From: a virus
Taxonomy: Duplodnaviria; Caudoviricetes
Strand: one strand, 5' to 3'
DNA length: 37,225 nt
IMG/VR virus record: IMGVR_UViG_3300007735_000690
Span: 1-37,225 of that record
In this document: positions 16,670-26,107 of the stretch, in pieces
Layout: each line of letters starts with the position of its first letter
Numbering within the stretch: position 1 is the first letter of the stretch
Position numbers and translations under genes: made by a program
The notes under the pieces: model-generated
What the model saw: only the letters and a program-made list of their open reading frames with translations
What the model was told of the DNA's origin: nothing
Database searches by the model: none

Positions 16670-18504
16670 TGGGCCTCCAGTGCTGCAACCTTAGCTTCTA
16701 GCTGTTCGATGCGTTGATTTTGACGCTTCACAATGTCAAGCAGCATCACCGTTAAGCGATCATACTGAACACCGTCTGGGGCAAGTTGAGCATCTGTTTT
16801 TAACTTACGCTCAGACTTTGTTTCGGTTTCCGTGTAGGTTTCTGTTTCCGTAACGGCAGGCTCAACAACATTGCCTTCGTCATCTAAAACCGCTGGCGTT
16901 ACTTCAACTTCACGGGTCTTTTCTATCTCTGTCTGAGTCTCAATTGTTTCAAATTGATCTTCGGGGTATGACCAATGAACAAGCCTCGGTTCAACCTGAG
17001 CGACTTCTTCGGCAATTAAGCCGTACCATGACCAATCTTTACGGTCAGCCTCAGCTTTGGAGCGATACCATACAGGACGTAAGTTAAGAACGGCATCGGC
17101 TTTAGCGTGGTCAAGCGTTTCAACGTCCGTCTTGTAACGCAGCGACGATGTTGACCTCAGCAATTGATTTGCTGGTGTTGATCCGTTATTAAGAAAAGCA
17201 TTCGCAGCCGAGGCGGTTGTTCCAACGCCTGGGAAATAAACTTCACCCCCGCTGCCGATACGGGCGCGTTCGTTAAGACCGTTTGTGTAAAACTGCATTG
17301 CGTTGAGGGAATGGTCATAACGCAAAATACCTGAATATGTCGCTGCGCCAGAGGTGCCATCCGCCCAAAGAATCTGGCCGTATGAAGCACTGCCTGTATA
17401 TAAAGTCAGGCCGGTGTTTCCGCTCCCTGTCCCAACCGATAATCTAGTATCTGTTTCTGAAGCGAAACTTCCACTTGAGGTGTTGCCAACAGCCAAATTC
17501 CCACTCGCATCCAGCGTCATCGCCTGCGTGAATGTGATCGTGTTGCCTGCGGTGCCGGAACCTGCAATACGCCAAATATGTACGCCAGTAGATGATGACT
17601 GAAAATAATCTAGCGCATACGCACTACGGATATATTTGTAATTACCTGTTGAGTCGTAAAAAGCATTGTTAATTAGACCAAAACCAAAAGTAGAATATGA
17701 CCAAACAGAACCGGCATTAAGTTGTAATGCTCTTTCGGTATTAGCAGTTCCCCACGCACTCGGCGTCACCCCAAGGCCGAGGTTGCCGGAGGAGTCGAGG
17801 CGCATGCGTTCTGTAGAGTTTGTATTAAAAGTAATTGCGCCATTAAGAGCATTAAAAATGTCAAAGTTATTTGCATTACCGCCATAACCAACAAATGCCG
17901 CATTTCCATTCACATCTTTCCAACGCAAGTAACCTGAACCTGTTGTTGTGTAGTTTCCACTTGATTCAACAATACCAATTTGACCGCTACCATAAAGATG
18001 CAGTTTTGCTAATCCAGTTGCAATGCCAACACCTAAATTAGTCCCATCAAAAGTAAGCGCACTACCGCTTGTCGCCACCCTGGAGCCGTTGAGGTACAGT
18101 ACTCCGTTGGCAGTACCCGCTGAAAGTGTGGGGTTTGCCGTTAAGGTAATCGTATCGGTTGTTGCGTCACCAAGGGTTGTGTTGCCATTAGCCGTTAGCG
18201 TGGATGACAAGACAACAGCACCGCTAAACGTAACGTTGCTGGATGCGCTTAAGGTTGTAAACGAACCAGCAGCCGCCAATGACTGACCAATGGTGACGCT
18301 ATTGATCGTCCCCGATCCCGTTAGGTTTCCGCCAAGCGTAAGCGTCTTTCCGCTGCCCACGTTCATGGAAACGCTTGTGCCGTTCGATGCAAAGATTGCA
18401 TCAATCGTGTCAAGGTTCGTGTTAAGTTTGTTGCCCCATGTGTCGGTGGATGCACCAACTTCGGGTTTGGTCAAACTAAGGTTGGTTGTCGTGGTATCAG
18501 CCAT
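16666..18504 (-). CDS. Tail fibre with C-terminal S74 intramolecular chaperone
   Basis: [25 protein letters not shown]-terminus, [12 protein letters not shown] repeats, [27 protein letters not shown] coiled coil. Confidence 0.85.
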   Translation of the reverse strand: MADTTTTNLSLTKPEVGASTDTWGNKLNTNLDTIDAIFASNGTSVSMNVGSGKTLTLGGNLTGSGTINSVTIGQSLAAAGSFTTLSASSNVTFSGAVVLSSTLTANGNTTLGDATTDTITLTANPTLSAGTANGVLYLNGSRVATSGSALTFDGTNLGVGIATGLAKLHLYGSGQIGIVESSGNYTTTGSGYLRWKDVNGNAAFVGYGGNANNFDIFNALNGAITFNTNSTERMRLDSSGNLGLGVTPSAWGTANTERALQLNAGSVWSYSTFGFGLINNAFYDSTGNYKYIRSAYALDYFQSSSTGVHIWRIAGSGTAGNTITFTQAMTLDASGNLAVGNTSSGSFASETDTRLSVGTGSGNTGLTLYTGSASYGQILWADGTSGAATYSGILRYDHSLNAMQFYTNGLNERARIGSGGEVYFPGVGTTASAANAFLNNGSTPANQLLRSTSSLRYKTDVETLDHAKADAVLNLRPVWYRSKAEADRKDWSWYGLIAEEVAQVEPRLVHWSYPEDQFETIETQTEIEKTREVEVTPAVLDDEGNVVEPAVTETETYTETETKSERKLKTDAQLAPDGVQYDRLTVMLLDIVKRQNQRIEQLEAKVAALEAQ

Positions 18505-19050
18505 TTAAGCCGCCTCTCGATAAGGTGACACTTGAGGTGTCCAAGTTGTTCCTGAAACTGTTTGCGTGGTCCACGATTCGCTGGTAACCACTTGTGGTGT
18601 CCATGTATCGCTTGGGTCGGGTATCGGTGACCATTTCAATGCGCCCGCTGCGCTTACAGCGCTCGTGGCGCCGATAGACACAGACGCCGAAATGGTTGCC
18701 CCGCCTGACGCGGCAACCGTTGAAACGGCATCAATTGATACAGACGCCACCATAACGATAGTGCCTGCCGCTGCAACGGTTGATTCACCCGCCACAGCAA
18801 CCGATCCCGCCGCAATGCGTGCGCCGCTTGCAGCAACTGCTGATAAGCCTTCAATAAGTACAGCACCGCCGCGAATGACGCTAGCGGAAACGGATACGGT
18901 TGACACGGCGTCAATGATTGTTTCGCCATTGCGCTGCACCGATCCTGTTGGCGATACGCTTGACGCAGCACTAATGACAACGGCGCCTTCAACGTAACTC
19001 TGTACGCCATAGTTTGCACGCCCATAGTCATTAGCACCGTAACCAATCAT
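18505..19050 (-). CDS. Virion structural protein (Ala/Ser/Val-rich)
   Basis: YG repeats at the N-terminus, WT repeats at the C-terminus; located in the tail module. Confidence 0.65.
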   Translation of the reverse strand: MIGYGANDYGRANYGVQSYVEGAVVISAASSVSPTGSVQRNGETIIDAVSTVSVSASVIRGGAVLIEGLSAVAASGARIAAGSVAVAGESTVAAAGTIVMVASVSIDAVSTVAASGGATISASVSIGATSAVSAAGALKWSPIPDPSDTWTPQVVTSESWTTQTVSGTTWTPQVSPYREAA

Positions 19051-19436
19051 TACGCCAACGTGATGTCAAAATCGCCAGCGCTGAAACGAAACACATCACC
19101 CGTTCCAACGGATTTGGATGCGGTAAGCTGACCAACAGCCAGCATATTGCCTGACGTTGATGCGTCATATAACGCCGTATGCGTAACCGTTCCCCATGAT
19201 CCTGTGGCGGTGGGAAATTCAACGGCTGATGTGTTAGTGGCAGCGTCATTCGTTACCGTAAACGCCATGGATCGACGCAGATAGCCGTTACCCGATACTT
19301 CGTTGCTTGAACCTGACTCGCCAGGATCAGCGGTGAAAAGACCAACGTAAATTGTTGCTGGCGCCGTGTAGGCTGATCCGCCAAACACATGAGCCAATAC
19401 TTTGTTTTCAAGATAGTCACTAAATGAATTAGCCAT
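19050..19436 (-). CDS. Virion structural protein
   Basis: SFSDYLENKVL, YVGLFTADP, EFPTATGSWGTVTH, DASTSGNML. Confidence 0.7.
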   Translation of the reverse strand: MANSFSDYLENKVLAHVFGGSAYTAPATIYVGLFTADPGESGSSNEVSGNGYLRRSMAFTVTNDAATNTSAVEFPTATGSWGTVTHTALYDASTSGNMLAVGQLTASKSVGTGDVFRFSAGDFDITLA

Positions 19437-19439
19437 GGA

Positions 19440-20066
19440 TTACCCCATTGGTTTAGCGCGAACGCGTGGCGTTGTGCCGCTGTAATTGGCACGTTCTTGC
19501 TCTAGTTTCATGGCTTCAATGCCACGCTCATAAGCGGCATTCCAAACAGGAATGCGCGAATCATCTTGGAGGTATGGTGCCGATTGCAGCAGTGCGCCAT
19601 ATAAATAAAGGTCAGGGTGCTTGGTCAGCAACCAGTTTGTTGTATTGCTATCAGACAGTGCGGCAATTTTGCCGTAGTACGTCATTTGAACTTGCGTCGT
19701 ATCCGTTCCCGGAGATGGGACAACCTTGAACGTATCGCCAATAATTGTGTAGTAGCGCGGCGTGCCAGCCGCCGAAAAGTAACGCGTATAAAAGTCATCG
19801 CTTTGTTCATCGCTCAAAAACTCCAATTTGGTTGGCGTTGTCGTGAGCAACACAAGATTTTCCATTTGCAGGAAATCGGATGGCAGTTGCGTGTATTCGC
19901 TATCAAGCGTGGCGTTAGCACGCACAATCATTTGTCGAACGCGTACAGTTCGATTGAATTCGGCTTCCGCCAACGTGATGAAGTCGGCAATGGCAGACGT
20001 CAAATCTGACCGATTCAACCAATCGGCAATCGACGTTTTAAGTTGTGCGTAAGTGCCAAGCGCCAT
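19440..20066 (-). CDS. Head-tail adaptor protein
   Basis: YAQLKTSIADWLNRSDL, LPSDFL, NWLLTKHPDLYLYGAL; synteny. Confidence 0.75.
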   Translation of the reverse strand: MALGTYAQLKTSIADWLNRSDLTSAIADFITLAEAEFNRTVRVRQMIVRANATLDSEYTQLPSDFLQMENLVLLTTTPTKLEFLSDEQSDDFYTRYFSAAGTPRYYTIIGDTFKVVPSPGTDTTQVQMTYYGKIAALSDSNTTNWLLTKHPDLYLYGALLQSAPYLQDDSRIPVWNAAYERGIEAMKLEQERANYSGTTPRVRAKPMG

Positions 20067-20068
20067 GA

Positions 20069-20782
20069 TCAGGCAGCGTCCTTTTTGCGAAGTTCGGTTT
20101 TAAGACCGATTGATGCTCGGTAAGCATCCTCTTGAGGACGGATTGCCCAGGTATGGTCGTGCTTGTACTCCCAGGTTCCTATGTGACCTATTTTTTTGCT
20201 TAGGTCATGATCAATATACAACGGAATTGAATTGTCGCGCAATAACTTGCAAAAGTATATGTCTTCGCCCATGTAGCCCTTAGCCGCCACATCCCATGGC
20301 GTAGCAAACCAAGGCATTTCGATGGCGCGAAACACGTTTGTGTCAACCATCATCACGCCAGTGCCTACGGCATCAACTTGTTCAACGCCTGTGTCATGCT
20401 CGCCGGTATAGACAGGCACCTTGCGTTGGGTTTCTGGATCATAGTTCGCCGCAGTCGGTCCCACTGGCATCCGCCTGCGCGGGCAGTTGGCAGCAACAAC
20501 GAGTAAGTCGCGGTCAAGCAACTGCTTAATCGTATCTTGCGGAAAACGCATATCGCTATCGATAAACAGCACCACGTCAGCGTTGTTTTCCATGGCGGTC
20601 ATTACCAATTCTGAACGCTGGCTTACAAGCAACGTCCCCTTGGAAATGTTGACGTTTACTGCGTCATTTGGATGGTTCGCCACATGAAACGCCACAGCGT
20701 TTACAAGGTCAAACGCAAAGTCTGAATGCACTTCGTCCCTCGCAGGGACGCATACACTAATAATTCGTTTCTTATCCATCAC
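20069..20782 (-). CDS. GT-A fold glycosyltransferase-like protein in the head module
   Basis: ISVCVPARD, LFIDSDM (DxD), VGTGVMMV, GEDIYFC, IGHIG. Confidence 0.75.
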   Translation of the reverse strand: MMDKKRIISVCVPARDEVHSDFAFDLVNAVAFHVANHPNDAVNVNISKGTLLVSQRSELVMTAMENNADVVLFIDSDMRFPQDTIKQLLDRDLLVVAANCPRRRMPVGPTAANYDPETQRKVPVYTGEHDTGVEQVDAVGTGVMMVDTNVFRAIEMPWFATPWDVAAKGYMGEDIYFCKLLRDNSIPLYIDHDLSKKIGHIGTWEYKHDHTWAIRPQEDAYRASIGLKTELRKKDAA

Positions 20783-21099
20783 ACCCTTCCTGGTCGAGTC
20801 CTGAAAAATCGGTTATCGGGATCATTGAGCCACTTCTTGAAATCTTTTTCTGTGCGCGTGATGCCCTTGCTCACCAAGTCCATGTAGATGTTCATGGGGA
20901 TGGATGCAACCTGTACGCCAAGACCTTCACCGTTCCACCTGGCGCGTTCGTCAATCGATGCGAACTCTGCCTTATTGGTTTCAACGATAGGTGTTGCGTC
21001 TTGAATCGTTTCAATCACCGCTGTGTCTGTGGCCTCGTCGTAATGCCAAATGCGCGTTAGGCCAAGAAGTGGATCATGCTCGAAAAGTTTTGATTCCAT
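20779..21099 (-). CDS. Hypothetical protein downstream of the capsid gene
   Basis: VASIP, KKWLNDPDNRFFRT; synteny. Confidence 0.75.
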   Translation of the reverse strand: MESKLFEHDPLLGLTRIWHYDEATDTAVIETIQDATPIVETNKAEFASIDERARWNGEGLGVQVASIPMNIYMDLVSKGITRTEKDFKKWLNDPDNRFFRTRPGRV

Positions 21100-21102
21100 G
21101 TG

Positions 21103-21128
21103 AAAACGGGAGCGTTTCCGCCCCCGTT
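21103..21128 (-). terminator. Stem-loop/terminator after the major capsid gene
   Basis: Minus strand AACGGGGGCG-GAAA-CGCTCCCGTT followed by TT. Confidence 0.65.
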
Positions 21129-21140
21129 CCTTGTTGCTGG

Positions 21141-21740
21141 TTAGGTCGAAAGGTCAGCCGCCAAACCATGTGCTTTCTCGTTGTAGATGGCAAGGCCATA
21201 TTCAGCGAGGAGCAAGCGCTTTTCAGCATCGCCCGTTGTTGCAAGCTCAACTTGCTGGAACGGACGAAGGAAATGCACACCGGCGTAGTCAGGTGACAAC
21301 ACAAACGCGTCACGATCACGTTGGAACCTATTAGGGACAATGTTCACTTGGCCGAAGTCTCCGACATATACATCAGCCGCGCCAATGATCTGCGCTTGCT
21401 TACCAGCAGGCACATCACGATAACGCGTTGCGATACCGTTGAAGCCAGAAACAACTTGCTTGTTCTTGGCACCAACCATCACAATCGAAGGATCGCCGCC
21501 CTGTTCCCACACTTTCTGAAGCACATTCTTGAGAATGGTTTCAGTGAATGCGCGGGTTACGCCATCGCTGCGATCATCGTTAGGCAGCGTGGTGTAAGAA
21601 GGATCAGCACCGTTCGTACCCTTGTCGGTGTTGGTCTTAATGAACGCGAGCAACGATCCGGTTTTCTGGGCCGTTGTCGAGTCACCAGCGGATGCTGCCT
21701 GATTGGCTAGCATGATGGTTTCCATATCGCGCTTCAGTTC
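21141..21740 (-). CDS. Major capsid protein, exon 2
   Basis: Begins ELKRDME, the natural continuation of AYQLAKRAA; DVYVGDFG, ELATTGDAEK, NEKAHG. Confidence 0.9.
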   Translation of the reverse strand, partial: ELKRDMETIMLANQAASAGDSTTAQKTGSLLAFIKTNTDKGTNGADPSYTTLPNDDRSDGVTRAFTETILKNVLQKVWEQGGDPSIVMVGAKNKQVVSGFNGIATRYRDVPAGKQAQIIGAADVYVGDFGQVNIVPNRFQRDRDAFVLSPDYAGVHFLRPFQQVELATTGDAEKRLLLAEYGLAIYNEKAHGLAADLST

Positions 21741-22004
21741 CATATTGTTCATCAAGGTTCGCTACCACCTTGACCGCTTTCGCAGCTTTGTGTTTCCACA
21801 AAGATCAGACTATATCTTCATCCTCGACACTTTGAGGAGCCAGGCGCTTCGGATCGCTTGATCCTACGAGGTTTCCCTCTAGTCGTTGAACCTTCCCTTT
21901 CGGGCTTGGCTGCTGATTGTCTTTCCGGTGCGATTTCCGACGAAGAGTTTCCAGCAATTCACCTGGTTTCAATTACAAGTTACCTTGTAACGGGCCTCAC
22001 ATTA
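21741..22004 (-). ncRNA. Group I self-splicing intron (IA2-like, ORF-less), 264 nt
   Basis: Exon ends in U and intron ends in G. P/Q/R/S elements AATTGCTGGAAA, AATCAGCAG, GTTCAACGACTA, AAGATATAGTCT are present. P1-P9 helices including P7.1/P7.2 can be drawn. Confidence 0.93.
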
Positions 22005-22364
22005 AGCCGCACGCTTTGCCAACTGGTAGGCCAATTCTGACTTGCGGCCTGCTTTGTTGACAGCTTCAACCGTACCGGAAATCACCACAGTCTTACGAGA
22101 AATCTGAGTGTAATTGGTCAGTTGAACGGTTGGCGTTACAGCGTCATACGTCGAAATGTCATCACCTTGCAGTTGCGCGTTTGCGGTGGTGTTGTCCGCC
22201 AACGTGTCTGTCTGCCACTGGAACAGCGTGTTGCTAGCCGTACCACGTCCAATGTTGTTCATGAACGGTGTGGTTTCAGGACTGATGTTGTAAATCTGAT
22301 TGCTTAAGTCCTCACGAATACCCTTTGCAGAGTAAGTGAGGAAGGTGTTTGATGCGATAGTCAT
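22005..22364 (-). CDS. Major capsid protein, exon 1 (SU10/DUF5309-like; 319 aa when spliced)
   Basis: GIREDLSNQIYNISPETTPF, FQWQTDTL, NYTQISRK, ELAYQLAK; AAAGGA RBS; follows the scaffold gene. Confidence 0.9.
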
Positions 22365-22375
22365 TTGGGTTTCCT

Positions 22376-23392
22376 TTATATGAGATGTTCAAACAGTTTG
22401 GCAGCGTCACGGACGTTGCCGGTTTTTGCAAGGCGCTGTTTGGCTCGGACTACTTCACTCGTGGAAACTTTGGCGGACTTAGGGTTACCAGGTGCAATGA
22501 CTTTGGACTGCTGTACGGTTGGCGGCTTAGGCTTAATCGTTGCCTGTTTCGCCGTGATCCGGTCGTACAACATTGCTTTACGAAGTAACTTGACAACGCG
22601 GTGATCAGCCACGCCCTTCAAATCATCTTCCTGAAAGCCTTCCTTCAAACCAAATTCAATCAAAGCCGCCTTTTCGGATTTGGCCGTATCAGCGTTCTTC
22701 CATTCAGGTATGGCCTCCACAAGAAGTTGTGCTTCTTGCTCAAGCCTGGCCTTCATTGATCGTTGCACTTCGGCCTGCTGCAACTGATTCAAGCGTTGGA
22801 GTTCGGCTTGTGATGCCGCCAATTTCTCGTTGCGCTGACGTTGCAACTCGGTTTGCCGCACCCATTCGATTGGATCGTCCCTGTATAGACTCTCCATATC
22901 AATCGGGTTTTCCTGCTGCTGTTGGATTTGCTGTTGCAAAGCCGTAAGCAATTGAGCGTAAGTTTGCCGCTCTTCACGCACCGCGTTCAGCTCGGCTTCA
23001 GCGGCCTTGCGCTGTTCAGCCAATGCTTGCGTTTTGCGTGTGTAGTCAGCCGTTCGCTGGTAGCCGTTGATCAACTCATTGAGTTCAACCTCTTGTTCTT
23101 TGCCATCAATCTTGACGGTGAACTTTGGTGGCTCGCTGGATTGCTCTGACTCTTGAGCGTCTTCGTCTGACTCGCTCGATGCTTCAACGTCTTCGGACCC
23201 TTCGCCTTGCTCTTCCGCGTCTGTCTCTACATCGCCAACATCATCGGATTCGGCTTGCGCTTCATCCGTTTGCGCCTTGGTTTCTGTTTGTTCTCCGGGT
23301 TCGGCAAACATCGACTCAAAGGCTTTGGCGGCTTCCGCCACCGTCATCCCCGCTGTGCTTTCGCTTTCAACGGTTGCTAAATTCTCACTCAT
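22376..23392 (-). CDS. Capsid scaffolding protein
   Basis: Acidic N-terminus, VKIDGKEQEVELNELINGYQRTADYTRKTQ, coiled coils, RLAKTG..RDAA C-terminus. Confidence 0.85.
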   Translation of the reverse strand: MSENLATVESESTAGMTVAEAAKAFESMFAEPGEQTETKAQTDEAQAESDDVGDVETDAEEQGEGSEDVEASSESDEDAQESEQSSEPPKFTVKIDGKEQEVELNELINGYQRTADYTRKTQALAEQRKAAEAELNAVREERQTYAQLLTALQQQIQQQQENPIDMESLYRDDPIEWVRQTELQRQRNEKLAASQAELQRLNQLQQAEVQRSMKARLEQEAQLLVEAIPEWKNADTAKSEKAALIEFGLKEGFQEDDLKGVADHRVVKLLRKAMLYDRITAKQATIKPKPPTVQQSKVIAPGNPKSAKVSTSEVVRAKQRLAKTGNVRDAAKLFEHLI

Positions 23393-23405
23393 TTATTGCG
23401 CTCCA

Positions 23406-23666
23406 TCAAGTTTTGGTCAGTTTCCGCTGGCGATCAGCCGCCATACGGGTCAACGTACCGCTAGTAATCACGCTTCCAAAGTAGGTCTGAAGACGGTCCA
23501 TGGACTTAAAGTCATGAAAAATCGCCTCTCGATGCTTGGCATCTTCCGAGTGCGTCCACTCTTCAAACAATGATTCTCTAATCTGCTGCCACGCCTCCTG
23601 ATAAAGCGTGGAGTTGATAATTCGTTCGGCTTCCTGTGCGCGTCGTATTTTTTCGTCGTTTGTCAT
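23406..23666 (-). CDS. Small head-associated protein between portal and scaffold
   Basis: ATGA coupling to the portal gene; synteny. Confidence 0.7.
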   Translation of the reverse strand: MTNDEKIRRAQEAERIINSTLYQEAWQQIRESLFEEWTHSEDAKHREAIFHDFKSMDRLQTYFGSVITSGTLTRMAADRQRKLTKT

Positions 23667-25807
23667 TGCATGGGTTGCGCCGCTGTAACGGCTTGTTGGG
23701 CTTGGTTGATGGCTTGCATTTGCATCCGTTCACGATCCATTGCTACTTTGGCGTCAATCTCTGCCTGTGTTGCCGCCAAGTTAACTTGATACTTTAACTC
23801 CATTTCCTGGCGTTTCAGGATGCCATCTTGCGCTATACGATCACGCTCACGGTCATCAGCGCGGATCATCTTCTCTCGCTCAAGGGCAAGCTCGGCGGCT
23901 TTCTTTTGAATGTCAGCCTGAATCGATTGAATCTGAACTTGCGCCAAGGCTTGCGTTGGATCGGGTTGCGGTGGTTGCTGTGGCGGTGCGTAATCCATCG
24001 GCAATTGGTTAAAGAATTGCGATGAGTCCTTATATCCCGCCATCTCAACTAACTTGGTGAGCGTATTTGCGTACTGACCCATGGTGACTAAGGGGTTGTT
24101 TGGCCCAAGCGTTTGGAGTAACTGTTCTTGCTTGCCGGCAATGGCTTGCAAGAATTGAATCTTTTCATCAATACCGCCCGTACCAAGGCCAACGTTCACG
24201 CTTACGTCCATCGAGGCATCCCAACCGCGTGGATCAACCTGCACCCACTGATTGCGCAAGCGAATGACGCGTGGCTTGTCTTGATGCTGCGTAATCAAAC
24301 GCAACAAACCTTTGAACAAACGCTTCATGCCGATTTCAGAAAACACGCGAGCGATCAACTCAATGTGTTGCTGTGCGGCTTGAACGGTGGCTTGTACCGC
24401 CAACTTAGTTGTCGATTGCAGTGCGTCAGCGTTAAGACCCATGGAGGCTTTGGACATGCCAGTGCGTGCCTCTTTCACCTGGTCCATGTACTCCATCATC
24501 GGGAATGCCTGACCGCCAACAAATGGTGTGGTGAACGGCTGCACCATACCAGGCGCACGCATTCTAATAATGGCGCCGTTTTCGTTATTCAGTACGTCAT
24601 CAAGATTGACTTGGCCTTCAACAACGCCTGTGCGCGGATGAATGGATTGCGCCAATGAATCAAGCATATTGCGCAAAATCACTGACTTGATGCGCTGAAT
24701 GTCCATGGTTACATCAGCCGTGGACATACCAAAAAGTGTGTGAGGCTCAGGATCAGGACAGAAATAAGCAAAAGGCACATCATCAGCCGGATCATTGGCA
24801 ACGATCTTGTAGGACGGACCCATGGTGCAAATCTTGCGTAGTTCCGCCACGCCATCACCGTCTTGGTCAAGCCTTATATAACTTTCGGTATAAAGCACAC
24901 GGCGTTGCGCAGGATTGTTGGCAGACTCGCCAAACATCATTTGCGCCGGATTACGCGCAATGCGCTCAATGTTTGTGTCGAGTTCGTCTTCGCCCGTATT
25001 GGACTCAACCAACTCTTGGTCATAGCCCATGGCAACAAGTTCAGACACGGTGGCAAGTTTTCTGTGCGCCACAATGTCTGCGTCTTCGAGCGTTCGCGCC
25101 CTACGGTCAACGATAAACTCTTCAGGTGCCAGGCTTTCGACGCGGAAACGCTTGGTGATGACTTTGCGGCTCACGGTTACGTCGTGAATCATCACGGTTG
25201 GCGTCAATTGCTGGCCGCTTAATGGATCAATTACGGGCGGCGGTGCTGAAGGGTCTTCGGCAGACATTAAGTCAACCATCTCAACGCCTTCCTGACCAAG
25301 AATCAACGATAGTTGCGCGTCATCAAGGCCAGTGTAGTTTTCATTCTTAATTTCAATGTGCTCATCAACCCACCATTTGCAAACACCTGTCTTGCGTACC
25401 AAGGCATCTTTGAAGATGGAGTGAAACAGCACAAAGCCATTGTTGTCTTCGTTCAGGATATAGCGCACATAATCTGTGGCTTGCTCTGCCATCGGCGCAT
25501 CTTCCATGCTGCGCGGTACATACTGAACAACGTTTTCGGATGAGAAGAAAATGCGCATGAGGCTTGGCAAAATGGCCTGCACTGTGTCGCGCACATCCAT
25601 TGATACAACCTGGCTGCGCCCCTCTTCTTCATCGCCAAATGGATCACCAAAATAGTATTCCGTGGCGCGGGCGCGAAGATTGCCAATTTCTAAGTCAATG
25701 AAATTGGTAGCGTCAACGAGTTCAGCCGCAACAATGGCCTGAACTTCAGTCTCGTCCATAGGTTCGCCGGACTTGACGCCGGTAGCGAGGTTCATTTCAA
25801 CGTCCAT
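23663..25807 (-). CDS. Portal protein (P22-like)
   Basis: EEGRSQVVSMDVRDTV, FKDALVRKTG, PEEF, RTGMS, VNVGLGTG; Gln-rich C-terminal barrel region. Confidence 0.9.
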   Translation of the reverse strand: MDVEMNLATGVKSGEPMDETEVQAIVAAELVDATNFIDLEIGNLRARATEYYFGDPFGDEEEGRSQVVSMDVRDTVQAILPSLMRIFFSSENVVQYVPRSMEDAPMAEQATDYVRYILNEDNNGFVLFHSIFKDALVRKTGVCKWWVDEHIEIKNENYTGLDDAQLSLILGQEGVEMVDLMSAEDPSAPPPVIDPLSGQQLTPTVMIHDVTVSRKVITKRFRVESLAPEEFIVDRRARTLEDADIVAHRKLATVSELVAMGYDQELVESNTGEDELDTNIERIARNPAQMMFGESANNPAQRRVLYTESYIRLDQDGDGVAELRKICTMGPSYKIVANDPADDVPFAYFCPDPEPHTLFGMSTADVTMDIQRIKSVILRNMLDSLAQSIHPRTGVVEGQVNLDDVLNNENGAIIRMRAPGMVQPFTTPFVGGQAFPMMEYMDQVKEARTGMSKASMGLNADALQSTTKLAVQATVQAAQQHIELIARVFSEIGMKRLFKGLLRLITQHQDKPRVIRLRNQWVQVDPRGWDASMDVSVNVGLGTGGIDEKIQFLQAIAGKQEQLLQTLGPNNPLVTMGQYANTLTKLVEMAGYKDSSQFFNQLPMDYAPPQQPPQPDPTQALAQVQIQSIQADIQKKAAELALEREKMIRADDRERDRIAQDGILKRQEMELKYQVNLAATQAEIDAKVAMDRERMQMQAINQAQQAVTAAQPMQ

Positions 25808-26107
25808 TTACTTACCCTTATTTCTTGCGCTAATGGCTTTGGCTTTTGCTCGTGCATCGGCTTTGCTTGATGCACCCCAAGCCTTTAGGCTTAACAAAAG
25901 TCTCGTTGGTTCGCCATTTTTGTATTCTGGACCGGGCATGTTGCCCATTCTCGCAAGAAAGCTGGCGCGTCTTGGGTTATCTCCAGACTTCACAGGCGCT
26001 TTTAACGTTCCGCCCGTTTCTGCTTTGTACGATGCGCGGCCTTTGGCGTTCAATCCACCACTTGGACTTTGGCCTTCTTTACGCTGCCACGCTGGCGTTT
26101 TCATCAA
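25808..26107 (-). CDS. Small basic phage protein
   Basis: PAWQRKEG...GGLNAKGRASY...RRASFLARM; Lys/Arg-rich. Confidence 0.75.
   Translation of the reverse strand: MMKTPAWQRKEGQSPSGGLNAKGRASYKAETGGTLKAPVKSGDNPRRASFLARMGNMPGPEYKNGEPTRLLLSLKAWGASSKADARAKAKAISARNKGK

Noticed and set aside
21858-22040. Plus-strand 60-aa ORF within the intron as a homing endonuclease
   Set aside because: It is antisense to the intron, too short, and lacks HNH, GIY-YIG or LAGLIDADG motifs.
21141-22364. Capsid gene as a pseudogene, frameshift or readthrough case
   Set aside because: Both halves are in the same frame and intact, and the insert has full group I intron structure with correct splice-site nucleotides.
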